From positions 96,001 through 160,000 of the forward strand of contig JBIJDH010000007.1 in the NCBI GenBank assembly GCA_044344255.1: a stretch of 64,000 bases of DNA, read 5' to 3'. The DNA comes from Myxococcota bacterium. GTDB lineage: Bacteria; Myxococcota_A; UBA796; UBA2385. The notes under the pieces are model-generated. The model was given only the letters and a program-made list of their open reading frames with translations. It was not told the origin of the DNA and ran no database searches. The translations under genes were made by a program, and so were the position numbers. Shown here one piece after another: positions 1 to 9,796 of this stretch (position 1 is its first letter; every line of letters starts with the position of its first letter).

Positions 1-1688
1 TTCAGGCTGACATCGGCGTCGAGAGAGGAGAGGCTGCCGCTCACGGGGGCGTCGAAGATCATAAACGCGGGGCCATCGGAGGTGTCGCCGCCGAGCACGA
101 GATCGGCGTCTCCGTCGCCGTCGTGGTCCCAGGAGGCGATAGTCATGCCGACATTCTGGTCTCCCTTTGCTCCGTTCACCCTTGCGATATGCTCGTTCTC
201 TGCCGTATCGACGCCGAGGCCAAGTCCCGAGAAAATGTAGACCACTCCTGCATCGATGGCGGACAGGTCGTCCCGGATGGAACCGCTGGCAAAATCGGCC
301 AAGCCGTCCCCCGTTACGTCCTCGAGCATTGAGAGCTCTCTCCCGAATGTGCTCCCTACGTCGCGGCCTGATAACGTCCAATCCGCGAGCGATGCGATTA
401 GTCCGCCTTCGTACATAGGGCCGTAGAGAACGTACGTTCGCCCGACACCGATAAGTCCATCCACACTCTCGTAGTAGCCCGCGGTCAGAAGGTCATCGTG
501 ACCGTCGTTGTTTAAGTCACCAATGTCGAGCTCGTATCCGAGTCCACTGTCTTCTGGTCCCTCAAACGTGAGCGCCGCCGCCGTAATTGAGGTGTCTGAA
601 TTCAGATCTGCCTCAAAGGCGTACACAAAACCAGGTCTTTCCAGGGTGTCCTCTCTGTAACCGTAATACGCCGAAGCGACTACTTCAGGGCGACCGTCGC
701 TGTCCAGATCACCCACAGTTGCCGCCCATCCGAAGGCATCGTCTTCGAAGGGAGAGGTGATGGTGACGCCATCGGTCATGTCTACGGTGGCGCCCCAGTC
801 GCAAGGGTCGTTCCCACCATCGCAGTTGTTGTCTGCGCCGTCGTCGCAGACCTCGGGCTGACCGGGGTTGCTGTGCTCGTCGGTGTCGTCGCAGTCGCCG
901 GTGGTGGTGGTGAAGCCGGCGGTCTCGGCGCAGCGGGCGTCGGAGGAGGCTCCGTCGCCGTAGCCGTCCCCATCGAGATCGGGGAACCAGGCTCCGGCGC
1001 CCGTGAGGGGCGGGTCGTCTTCGACCCCGTCGCAGTCGTTGTCGAGGCCGTCACATTGCTCGTCGGCGCCGGGGAAGATCTCGGGGGCGTCATCGTCGCA
1101 GTCGCCGCCCTGGGCGACGTGGCCGGCGGGCGCCGCGCAGGTGGAGGTCGCGCCAGAAGAGTCCCCGAAGCCGTCGCCGTCGAGGTCGGGGTACCAGGTC
1201 GGTGTGTTGATGGTGGGCGCCTCATCGACGGCGCCGTCACAGTCGTTGTCCACGTCGTCGCAGCGCTCAGCCGCGTCGGGGCTGTTGGTGATGTCGGCGT
1301 CGTCGCAGTCCCCGACCCGGGTGACATAGCCCTCGGCCGGGCGCCCACAGGCGCGCACGGGCTCGCCCTCGACGCCCCAGGCGTCGCCGTCGGTGTCCCG
1401 GTACCACTCGGTGTTGTCACCGGTGGGGTCCTCGTCGATGCTGTCGTCGCAGTCGTTGTCACGACCGTCACAGACCTCGACTCGTCCGGGGGCCATGTCC
1501 GGGTCCCGGTCGTTGCAGTCGCCGTCGAGCTCGCTCTGGCCGTCGCCGTCGTCGTCGGTGAGGACCTCGCTTCGGGCCTGGTAGGTGTCCCAGTCGGGGA
1601 GGCAGGCGGGCAAAGAGAGGAGGGCGCCGATCGTCAGGCCGAGCGAGCCCCACGGCGATGCGCTGCGTCGAAGCCTATGGCAGAGCAT
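1..1688 (-). CDS. Lipoprotein with MopE-type (putative metal-binding) repeats followed by FG-GAP/integrin-alpha-like repeats; runs off the left edge
   Basis: Not in the ORF track because it has no stop in the window. My translation from ATG 1688: MLCHRLRRSASPWGSLGLTIGALLSLPAC (lipobox), repeated DCDD...P...EVCDGxDNDCDG and WYxDxDGDGFG, then VGDLDSDGRPEV, IGDLNNDGHDDL, TGDGLADF, DHDGDGDADL. Overlaps the stop of the upstream gene. Confidence 0.85.
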   Translation of the reverse strand, partial: MLCHRLRRSASPWGSLGLTIGALLSLPACLPDWDTYQARSEVLTDDDGDGQSELDGDCNDRDPDMAPGRVEVCDGRDNDCDDSIDEDPTGDNTEWYRDTDGDAWGVEGEPVRACGRPAEGYVTRVGDCDDADITNSPDAAERCDDVDNDCDGAVDEAPTINTPTWYPDLDGDGFGDSSGATSTCAAPAGHVAQGGDCDDDAPEIFPGADEQCDGLDNDCDGVEDDPPLTGAGAWFPDLDGDGYGDGASSDARCAETAGFTTTTGDCDDTDEHSNPGQPEVCDDGADNNCDGGNDPCDWGATVDMTDGVTITSPFEDDAFGWAATVGDLDSDGRPEVVASAYYGYREDTLERPGFVYAFEADLNSDTSITAAALTFEGPEDSGLGYELDIGDLNNDGHDDLLTAGYYESVDGLIGVGRTYVLYGPMYEGGLIASLADWTLSGRDVGSTFGRELSMLEDVTGDGLADFASGSIRDDLSAIDAGVVYIFSGLGLGVDTAENEHIARVNGAKGDQNVGMTIASWDHDGDGDADLVLGGDTSDGPAFMIFDAPVSGSLSSLDADVSL

Positions 1689-3417
1689 GGCGGACCTGCA
1701 GACGGAGCGTGGAGGGGCGGAGGTCCAGAGCGCCAGACGCGGTGTCGATGCGCCCAGCCTCTGTGCGGAGCTCCGCGCTCTCTCTGGTGACCCGCAGCTC
1801 GGCGGAGAGCAGGCCGAGGTCGCCGGCCTGGCGGAGTCGATAGACCTCGCCCGTGCGGTGGAGCGCGAAGGTGTGGACCAGACCCACACCATCGACCTCC
1901 ACCTTCAGGAAGGAGGTCTGTCCCTCGGGCCTTCCTTCGAGGTGGAGCGCAAACACCGGCCAGCCCCTGGCGGCGGCTTGGAGGCCGAGCTGCTCCGGGC
2001 GGAGGCCCCCGGTCGCGACGGCGAGCCAGTCGCTCACGTCTCCCCAGCTCAGGGCCCAACGCAGGTCCTGCGCGCCAGCCCCGTTGTTCGGCTGGGTGGG
2101 GGTGGGGGTGGGGGTCGGTATGGGAGCCCCGTCGCTCCCGGGGATACAGATGTGCTCGAGTCGGAGGCGTGGCGGGGAGAAGGCCCCTTCCCTGTCCCGC
2201 TTTGCCCGCCAGGTGGTCGTGTCGAGGACGAGGGGAGCGGCGGTGAGGTCCAAGCTCGGCTGGCCCGGGTTCAGCTCGATGAGCCGGCCATCCCCGCTCC
2301 GGAGCTGTAGGCGCTCTGCCCCTCGCCAGTCGGTGACGGTGACTCGGCGGACTGCGGCGCCGAGGATGCGTGCGTCGCCGCCGGTGGCCACCGGCAGGGA
2401 GACGCCGTTGTCTGTGGGGATCAGCCAGACCTCCGTGGAGGCGACGGCCCCCGTCGTGCAGGTGAGGGGGCTCGCGGGCGTGATGGGGAACCGAACCGGG
2501 GCCGGCGCGGCGGCGCCCCCGCCGGCCGCGATGTCGATCCGAAAGTGGAGCGCCCGATCCGGATCGCCCGGCGAGCCCGCCGAGTCGGCCTCTTCATTCC
2601 CGGAGAACGCGGCGCAGCTCGAGAGCGCCTCGCCCGTCGTCGCGCTGTTCACCATCGAGAGGTGGACCTCGTAGGTGCCGTCGATGGTGACGTCTCCGAC
2701 AGGGTCGATGTAATAGGCCGCCGTGTCGTCGTCGTCCGGGTCGACGTGGAAGCCGAACCACGTCAAGGGCTCCGTGGCCGAGTTGACGCTGGTGCCGGTC
2801 GCCTCGGTGCCCCAGTCGATCGAGGGCGCGCCGACCCCGATCCAGGGGACGGGAGCGTCTGCGCCGGAGAGCAGGGCAACCGCCCTCGGCCTGTCGTCTT
2901 CGAATGGCAGCTCGTCCTTCGGGGCCCAGTTGGTCTTCGCGAAGCCCTCCATCGGCATCCAGACGGTTACCCCGGTCGCCGCTGCTTTCCCCAGCCCAGA
3001 AACCCGGAAAGTGCAGATGCACTCCTTTCCGCCTTCATGTGAATCGTACGGCGCGGGATAGTATTCCTTTGCACCAAAACTGTTTGCGGTTGCGAGGCTC
3101 ACATCGGCTACCGTCGAATCGGCGCAGGTGAAGACCAATCCCTCCGGAGTCTCCTCGCCTCCTCCACCCGTCTCGCCGCCTCCGCCGGTCTCTGTACCGC
3201 CGCCGGAGTCGAGCCCGGAGTCTGAAGGAGTGGATCCCGAGTCGGTGTCACCCGGGGAGGAGGTGTCCGTCGGATCCGGGCTCGACGCGGTGTCGCGGGC
3301 GGGGTCGACGCTGTGATCGACGCTGCTGCCCTTGCCGCCCTCTTGGGATGTGCACGACGCCAGCATGAGAGAGGGGAGCAGGAGGGCGCAGAGGGTGACT
3401 GTTCGGTGAGACGTCAT
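1675..3417 (-). CDS. Hypothetical lipoprotein (580 aa) with Ser/Asp/Gly-rich linker
   Basis: LLLPSLMLASC lipobox; GAGG upstream of the ATG; low-complexity linker then globular sequence; no family recognised. Confidence 0.75.
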   Translation of the reverse strand: MTSHRTVTLCALLLPSLMLASCTSQEGGKGSSVDHSVDPARDTASSPDPTDTSSPGDTDSGSTPSDSGLDSGGGTETGGGGETGGGGEETPEGLVFTCADSTVADVSLATANSFGAKEYYPAPYDSHEGGKECICTFRVSGLGKAAATGVTVWMPMEGFAKTNWAPKDELPFEDDRPRAVALLSGADAPVPWIGVGAPSIDWGTEATGTSVNSATEPLTWFGFHVDPDDDDTAAYYIDPVGDVTIDGTYEVHLSMVNSATTGEALSSCAAFSGNEEADSAGSPGDPDRALHFRIDIAAGGGAAAPAPVRFPITPASPLTCTTGAVASTEVWLIPTDNGVSLPVATGGDARILGAAVRRVTVTDWRGAERLQLRSGDGRLIELNPGQPSLDLTAAPLVLDTTTWRAKRDREGAFSPPRLRLEHICIPGSDGAPIPTPTPTPTQPNNGAGAQDLRWALSWGDVSDWLAVATGGLRPEQLGLQAAARGWPVFALHLEGRPEGQTSFLKVEVDGVGLVHTFALHRTGEVYRLRQAGDLGLLSAELRVTRESAELRTEAGRIDTASGALDLRPSTLRLQVRHALP

Positions 3418-3515
3418 AGGGGGACCTCGTCGTCAGAGAGTATCAGAGCGTGCGTCCCCTGCACGGTGCCGCCGCCGGGCGGGCGAGCCTCGGGCCTTGG
3501 GGAGGCGAGGGTCTA

Positions 3516-3531
3516 TGCAATCCGCGTGCCA
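3516..3531 (-). promoter_or_regulatory. Sigma54 (-24/-12) promoter for the leftward lipoprotein operon
   Basis: Minus strand reads TGGCAC-GCGGA-TTGCA, an exact match to TGGCAC-N5-TTGC, about 100 nt upstream of ATG 3417. Confidence 0.8.
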
Positions 3532-3559
3532 CTGTAATTTCAGAGGTTTAGCTCGGCGG

Positions 3560-3582
3560 GGGTGTCAGGTTTTCGGACACCC
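3560..3582. promoter_or_regulatory. Inverted repeat, candidate activator (bEBP) binding site
   Basis: GGGTGTC-N9-GACACCC just upstream of the sigma54 promoter in an AT-richer intergenic region. Confidence 0.4.
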
Positions 3583-3740
3583 ACCTTTGGGAAAGTCTCG
3601 GAAAATGGGCGCCAATAGCTGGTATTGCCTGATTGGTCAGGGTGACGGATGTCGTAAATGTCCGGGTTGAACCGTTCCGTACCTCCTTCAGCTCCCAGCG
3701 AACGCTGTCGGGACGACCGTGCAGCGTCCCCGCCCCTCGG

Positions 3741-6167
3741 TCAAGGATCGACGTAGCCGAGCGCCTGCAGCGCCGCGGCGCCCTCGTCGGAGACGGTGCG
3801 GAGCGCGGGGGGTTCCGACGGGAAGCGGACGAGGTCGAGCCGCGCCTCGTGGCCCCGGGGCCCGAAGACCTGCGTGCCGCCGGTGCTCTCGGCGGTATAG
3901 ACGGTGGGGCCGACCGTCATCTGCACGGTGATCTTTCCGGGGCCGGCCTGGACGAAGAGCTCGTGGGGGATGTGCTCCCCGGGCCCGCGCTCGAGGCGGA
4001 CCTGCTGCGCGGTGACGAGGGGGGCGGCGGCGCGGCCGAGCCAGTCGGCGCGGGGCCAGGCGGCGCGGACGCCGCCCTCGGCCTCGAGGGTGAAGGTGGC
4101 CTCGGGGAGGCTGCCGCTGTCGAGGGTGCCGGGGGCGGCGAGGCGCCAGACGGGGCCCACCGGCCGCCCGAGGGCGGTGGCGAGGAGGTCGGCCTCGTCG
4201 CCGCGCTCGGGGAGGGCGTCACGCTCGTGGGGATCGGCGGCGAGGTCGAAGCGGCGGGGGCCGCTGCCGCGGAGCTCCCACTTGTCGTCTCCGCGGAGGA
4301 GGCCGAAGCGCTCCTCGCCGTAGAGGGTCCAGCCGAAGACCGGCGGCGCCGCGCTCCCGCCCTGGAGGAGGGAGCGCCCGCCGAGGGGGCCCGCGGGGAG
4401 GCCGGCGAGGTCGGTGACGGTGGCGGCGAGGTCGAGCAGCGAGACCGGCGCGGCCTCCTCTCCCTGGGGCACGCCCGGGCCGCGGAGCACAAGGGGGATG
4501 TGGAGGAGCTCCTCGTGGACGCTGTGGCCGTGCTCGACGCCGCCGTGATCCCAGAGCTCCTCGCCGTGGTCGGCGAAGAGGAGCACGGTGTCGTCGGGGC
4601 CGAGGGCGTCGAGGACGCGGCCCACGGCGTCATCGACGGCGCGGATGTTCTGGTCATAACGGGCGCTCACGTAGTCGTGGAGCACCGCCGCGCGCTCGGG
4701 CGTCGGGTGGAGGTTCCGCAGGGTGGCGCCGTTCCAGGGGCGCCGCAGCTCCTCGGGGGTGTCGCCTGCGAAGAGGGTGTCGTAGGGCGCGCCCTCCTTG
4801 TAGGGGAGGTGGGTGTCCATGAAGTGGAGGAGCAGCAGGGTGTCCTGATCGGCGGCGGAGAGGGCCTGGAGGGCCTCATCGGCGAGGGGGGCGGCGCGGG
4901 CGCCGGCGCGGAGGCTGTGGCTCGACCAGCCCTCGGCCCAGCCCGACTCGCGGCCGAGCCAGGGGTTGGAGACGAGGGCCACGGTGCGCCAGCCGGCGGC
5001 GCCGAAGGTGGCGGGGAGGGCGGCCGCGGGGTCCCAGGCGTCGGGGAGGCGGCCGGTGAGGAGGGTGCGGGCCGCGGGGAGGGTCCAGGGGGCGACGCTG
5101 TGCGCTTGCAAGAAGACACGGCCCTCGGCGCCGAGCCGGTCGATGCGGGGGCTGGTGGGTCGGCTGTAGCCGTAGAGGCCGAGATGATCGGCGCGCAGCG
5201 TGTCGACGAAGAGCATCACGATTCGGCGCGGAGCGGGGGAGGGCACGAGGACGGTGGGCGCGGCGACGAAGAGGGCGTCGCCTTCGTTGTCGCCAGCGGG
5301 GCCAGGGTCGGCCTCCAGGCGGAGGCTGCGGCCGGGGCCCGCCCAGGCGCCGAGGTCAATGTCGAGCGGGAGCGAGGTACCCTCGGCGAGCGGGGCCTCG
5401 AAGACCGTCTGTTCATCGACCTTCAGGCGGAGGACGGCGCCGTCGGAGGCGGGCCCGACGTGGACCTGGGCGGGCAGGAGCTGGGCGCGGGCGCGCAGGC
5501 GGGCGGCGGGCGGCAGGTCGAGCGTCCAGGTGACGGCGGCGGGGGCGGGGAGCAAGGTGCCGTGCGCGCTCTCGTCGCCCACCCCGGCGCTGCGCTGGAC
5601 GAAGGCGACCCGGGCGGCGAGGTCGGCCAAGGGCTGGCCGGCGGGGTCCCAAGCACGCTCCCGGGCGGCGGCGGGCGGGTAGCGGAGGGAGACCTCCCCC
5701 GCGGCCGGCGGGCGCGCCGCGGGGGGAGCGCCATCCGCGGTGGGCTCCTCGGGGAGGCGCAGCAGGAGCCGATCACCGTCGAGCGCCCAGCTCGGCGCGG
5801 ACTTGGCGGGGGCGCGGAGGTACCGCAGCGCCTCGCCGCGCCAGCGCACCTCCATCCCCGGCGGGGGCAGGCGGGAAGAGGCGCCAAAGACGACGCCCTC
5901 CACGGGCAGGGTGGCCGTCCAGTGGGCGGGGCCCGCGGTGGAGGCCCCCGCGGTGGAGGCCCCCGCGGTCGAGCGCTCCGCCTCCCAGGGGCCGCTCACG
6001 GGGAGGTCGAGCGGCGCGGGCTCGCGGTGGAGCTGCGCGGGGAGGGACACCGCGGTGGGCGGGGTCCAGTCGAGGGGGATCGCCCCGGGCCGCTCGGGCG
6101 CGCCCGCGCAGCCGACCCCGAGGGCGAGCCAACCCCCGGCGACGGCGCCCGGCCCGGCGGCGCTCAG
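3741..6167 (-). CDS. Sulfatase-like hydrolase (alkaline phosphatase superfamily), probable lipoprotein; start uncertain (possibly CTG)
   Basis: VDTLRADHLGLYGY, APWTLP, HFMDTHLPY, ADHGEE..HGH..HIPL motifs. The track ORF to 7013 overlaps the upstream gene; lipobox WLALGVGC lies near 6110. Confidence 0.8.
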   Translation of the reverse strand: MSAAGPGAVAGGWLALGVGCAGAPERPGAIPLDWTPPTAVSLPAQLHREPAPLDLPVSGPWEAERSTAGASTAGASTAGPAHWTATLPVEGVVFGASSRLPPPGMEVRWRGEALRYLRAPAKSAPSWALDGDRLLLRLPEEPTADGAPPAARPPAAGEVSLRYPPAAARERAWDPAGQPLADLAARVAFVQRSAGVGDESAHGTLLPAPAAVTWTLDLPPAARLRARAQLLPAQVHVGPASDGAVLRLKVDEQTVFEAPLAEGTSLPLDIDLGAWAGPGRSLRLEADPGPAGDNEGDALFVAAPTVLVPSPAPRRIVMLFVDTLRADHLGLYGYSRPTSPRIDRLGAEGRVFLQAHSVAPWTLPAARTLLTGRLPDAWDPAAALPATFGAAGWRTVALVSNPWLGRESGWAEGWSSHSLRAGARAAPLADEALQALSAADQDTLLLLHFMDTHLPYKEGAPYDTLFAGDTPEELRRPWNGATLRNLHPTPERAAVLHDYVSARYDQNIRAVDDAVGRVLDALGPDDTVLLFADHGEELWDHGGVEHGHSVHEELLHIPLVLRGPGVPQGEEAAPVSLLDLAATVTDLAGLPAGPLGGRSLLQGGSAAPPVFGWTLYGEERFGLLRGDDKWELRGSGPRRFDLAADPHERDALPERGDEADLLATALGRPVGPVWRLAAPGTLDSGSLPEATFTLEAEGGVRAAWPRADWLGRAAAPLVTAQQVRLERGPGEHIPHELFVQAGPGKITVQMTVGPTVYTAESTGGTQVFGPRGHEARLDLVRFPSEPPALRTVSDEGAAALQALGYVDP

Positions 6168-7135
6168 TCGGATCCGAGCTCCTGGACGAGGCGGAAGCCC
6201 TCCCAGTCCGAGCGGGTGATCATCAGGTAGGCCTCGGTGGTGCCGACATCGACGATGGCCCGGGCCGGGATGATGCCCACACAGCAGAGCAGGATTCCCG
6301 CCAGGTTGAAGAGGCCGGTGGCGAGGTAGTAGACGAAGAGGTCGCCGCGGTTGCCGTCGGCGAGCTGCCAGGAGCGGCTGAGGGCGTCCGTCGCGGTCAT
6401 CTCCTCGAGCGCCACGGCGTGTTGCCCGAGGGAGAGGCCGAGCTGGACATAGACCATCACGGGGATGGCGAAGATCAACGCCACGCCCGCGCCGGCCGCC
6501 TGGAGGATGTCGGAGCCCGAGCTGAAGCCGGCGGCCACGAGCAACAGGCCCGGCAGCGCGGCCACGGCGAGGGCCCCCGCGATGACGAGGGCGCGGAGCA
6601 GCGTGTAGCCGGCCATCCGCCAGACCCCATCTCCGCCGCCGAACAGGAGGCTGAAGTCGCCCTGCCCCTCGATGACGAGGGACTCGTGGAGGCGGATGTA
6701 GCCGGTCATCAGCCAGGCTCGAAACAGCCAGACCCCGAAGAGCACGATCCCGAGACACAAGAGCCCGATGAGCACGGCGGCCACGACGCCCACCTCGGCC
6801 GAGCCAGGGATCCCCGCGGCGAAGGTGGGCGAGAGGGCGGGGGACGCCGTGGGGTGGGCGAGCCAGGCCTGGAGGTCGCCGACCGCCTGCTCGACCCCGC
6901 CGCGGAGAGACGCCGCGGTCTCCGAGGCGGATGAGGACGAGCTGCCCCCATCCCCGGAGCCGCCGCTGCTGCCGCCGCCACCGCCGCCGCCCCCACCACC
7001 GCCCTCGGTGCACTGTAGCAGGAAGGCCCCAATGAGCAGGGCGGCAGGCTGACGCTTCAGCGCCGCCCAGCCGTGGCGGATGGCGCGGCCGGGGCGAAAG
7101 GCGGCGGAGACCGAGAGCGCGAAGGCTTCTTCCAT
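6164..7135 (-). CDS. Integral membrane protein (several TM helices, Gly/Ser linker)
   Basis: Start at MEEAF (ATG 7135) just after the SDR stop; hydrophobic segments; C-terminal ALSRSWQL...LLCCVGII pattern of DUF975/GDPD-membrane-domain-like proteins. Confidence 0.75.
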   Translation of the reverse strand: MEEAFALSVSAAFRPGRAIRHGWAALKRQPAALLIGAFLLQCTEGGGGGGGGGGGSSGGSGDGGSSSSSASETAASLRGGVEQAVGDLQAWLAHPTASPALSPTFAAGIPGSAEVGVVAAVLIGLLCLGIVLFGVWLFRAWLMTGYIRLHESLVIEGQGDFSLLFGGGDGVWRMAGYTLLRALVIAGALAVAALPGLLLVAAGFSSGSDILQAAGAGVALIFAIPVMVYVQLGLSLGQHAVALEEMTATDALSRSWQLADGNRGDLFVYYLATGLFNLAGILLCCVGIIPARAIVDVGTTEAYLMITRSDWEGFRLVQELGSD

Positions 7136-7143
7136 CGAGGCAC

Positions 7144-7971
7144 CTACCAGGGAGGGGTCCACTCGGGATCGATGAGCTGGATCGAGAGGGGAGAAGGCTC
7201 GTGCTCGGGCGAGCAGCGGTAGCGGGTGAAGTCGGTCACCCCTTCGGCGCGCAGCAGCTCTTCGTCGAGCCAGGCGTGAAACTTCGCCTTCAAGGGGTCG
7301 CGGGCGAGCAAGGCCACGGTGGCGTCGGCCAGGATCTCCGGCGTGCGCCACTCGTTGAGCTCGCCCATGCCGAAGACCTCGGTGGCGGCGGTGCGCACGC
7401 CAGTCACCGGCCAGAGCGCTTGGGCGCAGACGCGGTCCTCCTCCTGGTCGATGGCCTGGGCGAGCATGGTCATGCCGAACTTGCTCAGCAGGTATGGCGC
7501 CTTTCCGGGGAGCGCCTTGAAGCCGATGGGCGGCGACATCATGATGATGTGGCCGCCGCGCTCGCGGAGGTGCGGCATCGCGTAGTGGGAGGCGAGGAAG
7601 GCCGCCCGCGCGTTCACGCCCATCACGAGGTCAAAGCGCTTCCACGAGTGGTCGGCCACCGGCGACCAGAAGATGGCGCCGGCGTTGTTGATGAGGGCGT
7701 CGAGGCGGCCGAAGCGCTCGACGGTCTCCAGGACCATGCGCTCCACCTGGGCGGCCTCGCGCACGTCGACCTGGATCACGTGGGCCTGTCGCCCGAGGGC
7801 CTCCACCTCGGCGGCCACCTCGCGCAGCGTGCCGGGCAGGCTCGGGTGATCGTCGAGGGACTTGGCGGCGAGGGCGACGTGCGCCCCTTCACGGGCGACG
7901 GCGCGGGCACAAGCGGCTCCGACGCCGCGGCTCGCGCCGGTGATGAGGATGACCTGATCGCGGAGGCGCAT
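7144..7971 (-). CDS. Short-chain dehydrogenase/reductase (HSDL2/AtuG-like)
   Basis: TGASRGVG, AAKS...LPGT, NNAGAI, MMSPP, YxxSK motifs. Confidence 0.9.
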   Translation of the reverse strand: MRLRDQVILITGASRGVGAACARAVAREGAHVALAAKSLDDHPSLPGTLREVAAEVEALGRQAHVIQVDVREAAQVERMVLETVERFGRLDALINNAGAIFWSPVADHSWKRFDLVMGVNARAAFLASHYAMPHLRERGGHIIMMSPPIGFKALPGKAPYLLSKFGMTMLAQAIDQEEDRVCAQALWPVTGVRTAATEVFGMGELNEWRTPEILADATVALLARDPLKAKFHAWLDEELLRAEGVTDFTRYRCSPEHEPSPLSIQLIDPEWTPPW

Positions 7972-8097
7972 GGGGGCTCGCGGTGGAGTGAGGTGAGGGG
8001 AGGTGACAGGAGGTGGGCGAGGGGAAGAGCGCGCGGTTGTCCCCGCGCGCTTCGCCTCGCCCGGTTAACCCCCGGCGCCTTCGCGCGGACGGATCCC

Positions 8098-9078
8098 GTG
8101 ATCACACCCCTCATCATCGCTGGCGTCGTCGTCGTGTCCATGGGGCTGCTGATCAAGCACCTCCAGGACCGCAAGGCGCTCCACCCCGCCGTCTTCCCGC
8201 TCCTGCTGGTGGCGGCGGCCGTCCCCATCTTCACGGCGCGCACCGTGCTCAACCCGGGGGAGCCCACCGACAGCGCCGTGGTGACGAAGCTCCACGAGAA
8301 GGTCGAGCTCACCGTCCCCGAGGGCTCGGCCCTGATGGTGACGGCTGAGCTCTCCGACTCCGACGAGACCGACGAGAACGAGCGGACCGTCTACGCCCTC
8401 TCTCTCAAGGGACAGGGCTGGACCTCGCTCGCCGCGGGGACGATGAAGCGCGAGAACGCGCACAAGGGCCCCGACGTCCCCCTGGATGATCGGGAGGGCG
8501 TCTCCGACGGGGGGAAGACGAAGTCGCTCCGGCTCGGCCTCGACGTCCAGGATCGGTTTGACCTCCGCGGCGCCGGCGCGCTGTCGGTGGAGGTGACGAA
8601 CTGGGCCGGGACGGCCGCCTCCGCGCTCCAGCTCGAGGTCATCCCCGCCCCCGTGCCCAAGGTGGCGCTCTGGGGGGTGGTGGCGGTGCTGGCGATCCTC
8701 GGCCTCATCGCCGAGGTGAAGCTGCAGACCGACCGCCTCGCCGGTGACCTCGTCTTCCTCGCGATGTGGGGCGTCTTCATCCGCGACGGCGTCACTCCCC
8801 TCGATGACTGGCAAGAGGTGGTGCGGGCGCTGCTCCCTGCGGCCCTGCTCGGCCTCGGCGCGGGTGGCGGGCTGTCCTACCTCGTGCACAAGTTCCTCCC
8901 CGGCGGAGGGGGCGAGGAGCCGGAGGCACCCGTGGCCCCACCGGCGGCCGCCGCGCCCGTCCCGACGCCGAAGGTGGTGGTTCCCGCCGACACGCTCGCG
9001 GAGGGTGGGTCGGGGAGCGAGGGCCCCGCAGAAGAGGGCCCGCCCCCCCCGGGCACGACGCGCCGGCGCAGGAAGTAG
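8098..9078 (+). CDS. Hypothetical membrane protein
   Basis: GTG 8098; N- and C-terminal TM helices flank a soluble domain; Pro-rich tail; GC3-biased codons. Confidence 0.7.
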   Translation: MITPLIIAGVVVVSMGLLIKHLQDRKALHPAVFPLLLVAAAVPIFTARTVLNPGEPTDSAVVTKLHEKVELTVPEGSALMVTAELSDSDETDENERTVYALSLKGQGWTSLAAGTMKRENAHKGPDVPLDDREGVSDGGKTKSLRLGLDVQDRFDLRGAGALSVEVTNWAGTAASALQLEVIPAPVPKVALWGVVAVLAILGLIAEVKLQTDRLAGDLVFLAMWGVFIRDGVTPLDDWQEVVRALLPAALLGLGAGGGLSYLVHKFLPGGGGEEPEAPVAPPAAAAPVPTPKVVVPADTLAEGGSGSEGPAEEGPPPPGTTRRRRK

Positions 9079-9211
9079 GCGGAGGCGAGGCCCGCGCGGG
9101 GCCGAAGCGCGGGCGGACGTAGCGTGCGGCCCTCGGATGATGTAGAACGCCGACGCGCCAGAGCACGAAACCCACGCCGCCGACCCCTTCGGGTCTGCTC
9201 AGGAGAGCGCC

Positions 9212-9796
9212 GTGCTCCTGCTGGTCGCTGCTGTCAAAGAAGAGCTCGCCGATCTGAACGGTGAGGCCATCGGGATCGGCCCCGTCATCTCGGCCATCCG
9301 CATGGCCCGGCTGATCGCGGCCCACCAGCCCTCGGGGGTCATCCTCATCGGCACGGGCGGGGCCTACGCCGGGGGCCCTGCTATCGGCAAGGCGTGTAAG
9401 GCGCTCCGGGTGGGGCTCGCCGACGGATCTGCGGCGATGGGCCTCGGTTATACCCCGCGCCCCCCACCCCCTGTCCTCTGTGACCGTCGGCTGCTCTCCC
9501 GCATCGAGCTGCCGGACTGTGACGTGCTCACTGTAGGCGCGGTGAGTACAGATCTGACGATGGCCCGCCGCCTGTCCGACGGTTGGCAGGTCGAGCACCT
9601 CGAAGCGTACGGCGCGGCCGCTGCTTGCGCAGAGGCCGGCATCCCCTTCGCGGCGGTGCTCGGCATCTCGAACAAGGTGGGTCCGGAGGCGCACGCGCAG
9701 TGGCTGGCTCACCGGAACCAGGCCCAGCTCGCCGCACGAAACGCCGTCGCTCCTCTGTTTCTGCCCGAGCTGCGCGAACAGGCGCGGGAGGCTTGA
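9212..9796 (+). CDS. Nucleoside phosphorylase/nucleosidase family protein (futalosine hydrolase MqnB-like)
   Basis: VAAVKEEL, GIGPV.SA, IGTGGAY, EHLEAYG, GISNKVG; AGGAG Shine-Dalgarno before the GTG. Confidence 0.7.
   Translation: MLLLVAAVKEELADLNGEAIGIGPVISAIRMARLIAAHQPSGVILIGTGGAYAGGPAIGKACKALRVGLADGSAAMGLGYTPRPPPPVLCDRRLLSRIELPDCDVLTVGAVSTDLTMARRLSDGWQVEHLEAYGAAAACAEAGIPFAAVLGISNKVGPEAHAQWLAHRNQAQLAARNAVAPLFLPELREQAREA

Noticed and set aside
3633..6230. 865-aa plus-strand ORF, and similar long antisense ORFs (e.g. 38174-41704, 35745-38366, 54965-57154)
   Set aside because: Shadow frames of well-supported opposite-strand genes in high-GC DNA; no motifs.
9079..9211. Riboswitch upstream of the MqnB-like gene
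   Set aside because: Only a small UUCG hairpin; no recognisable aptamer consensus.
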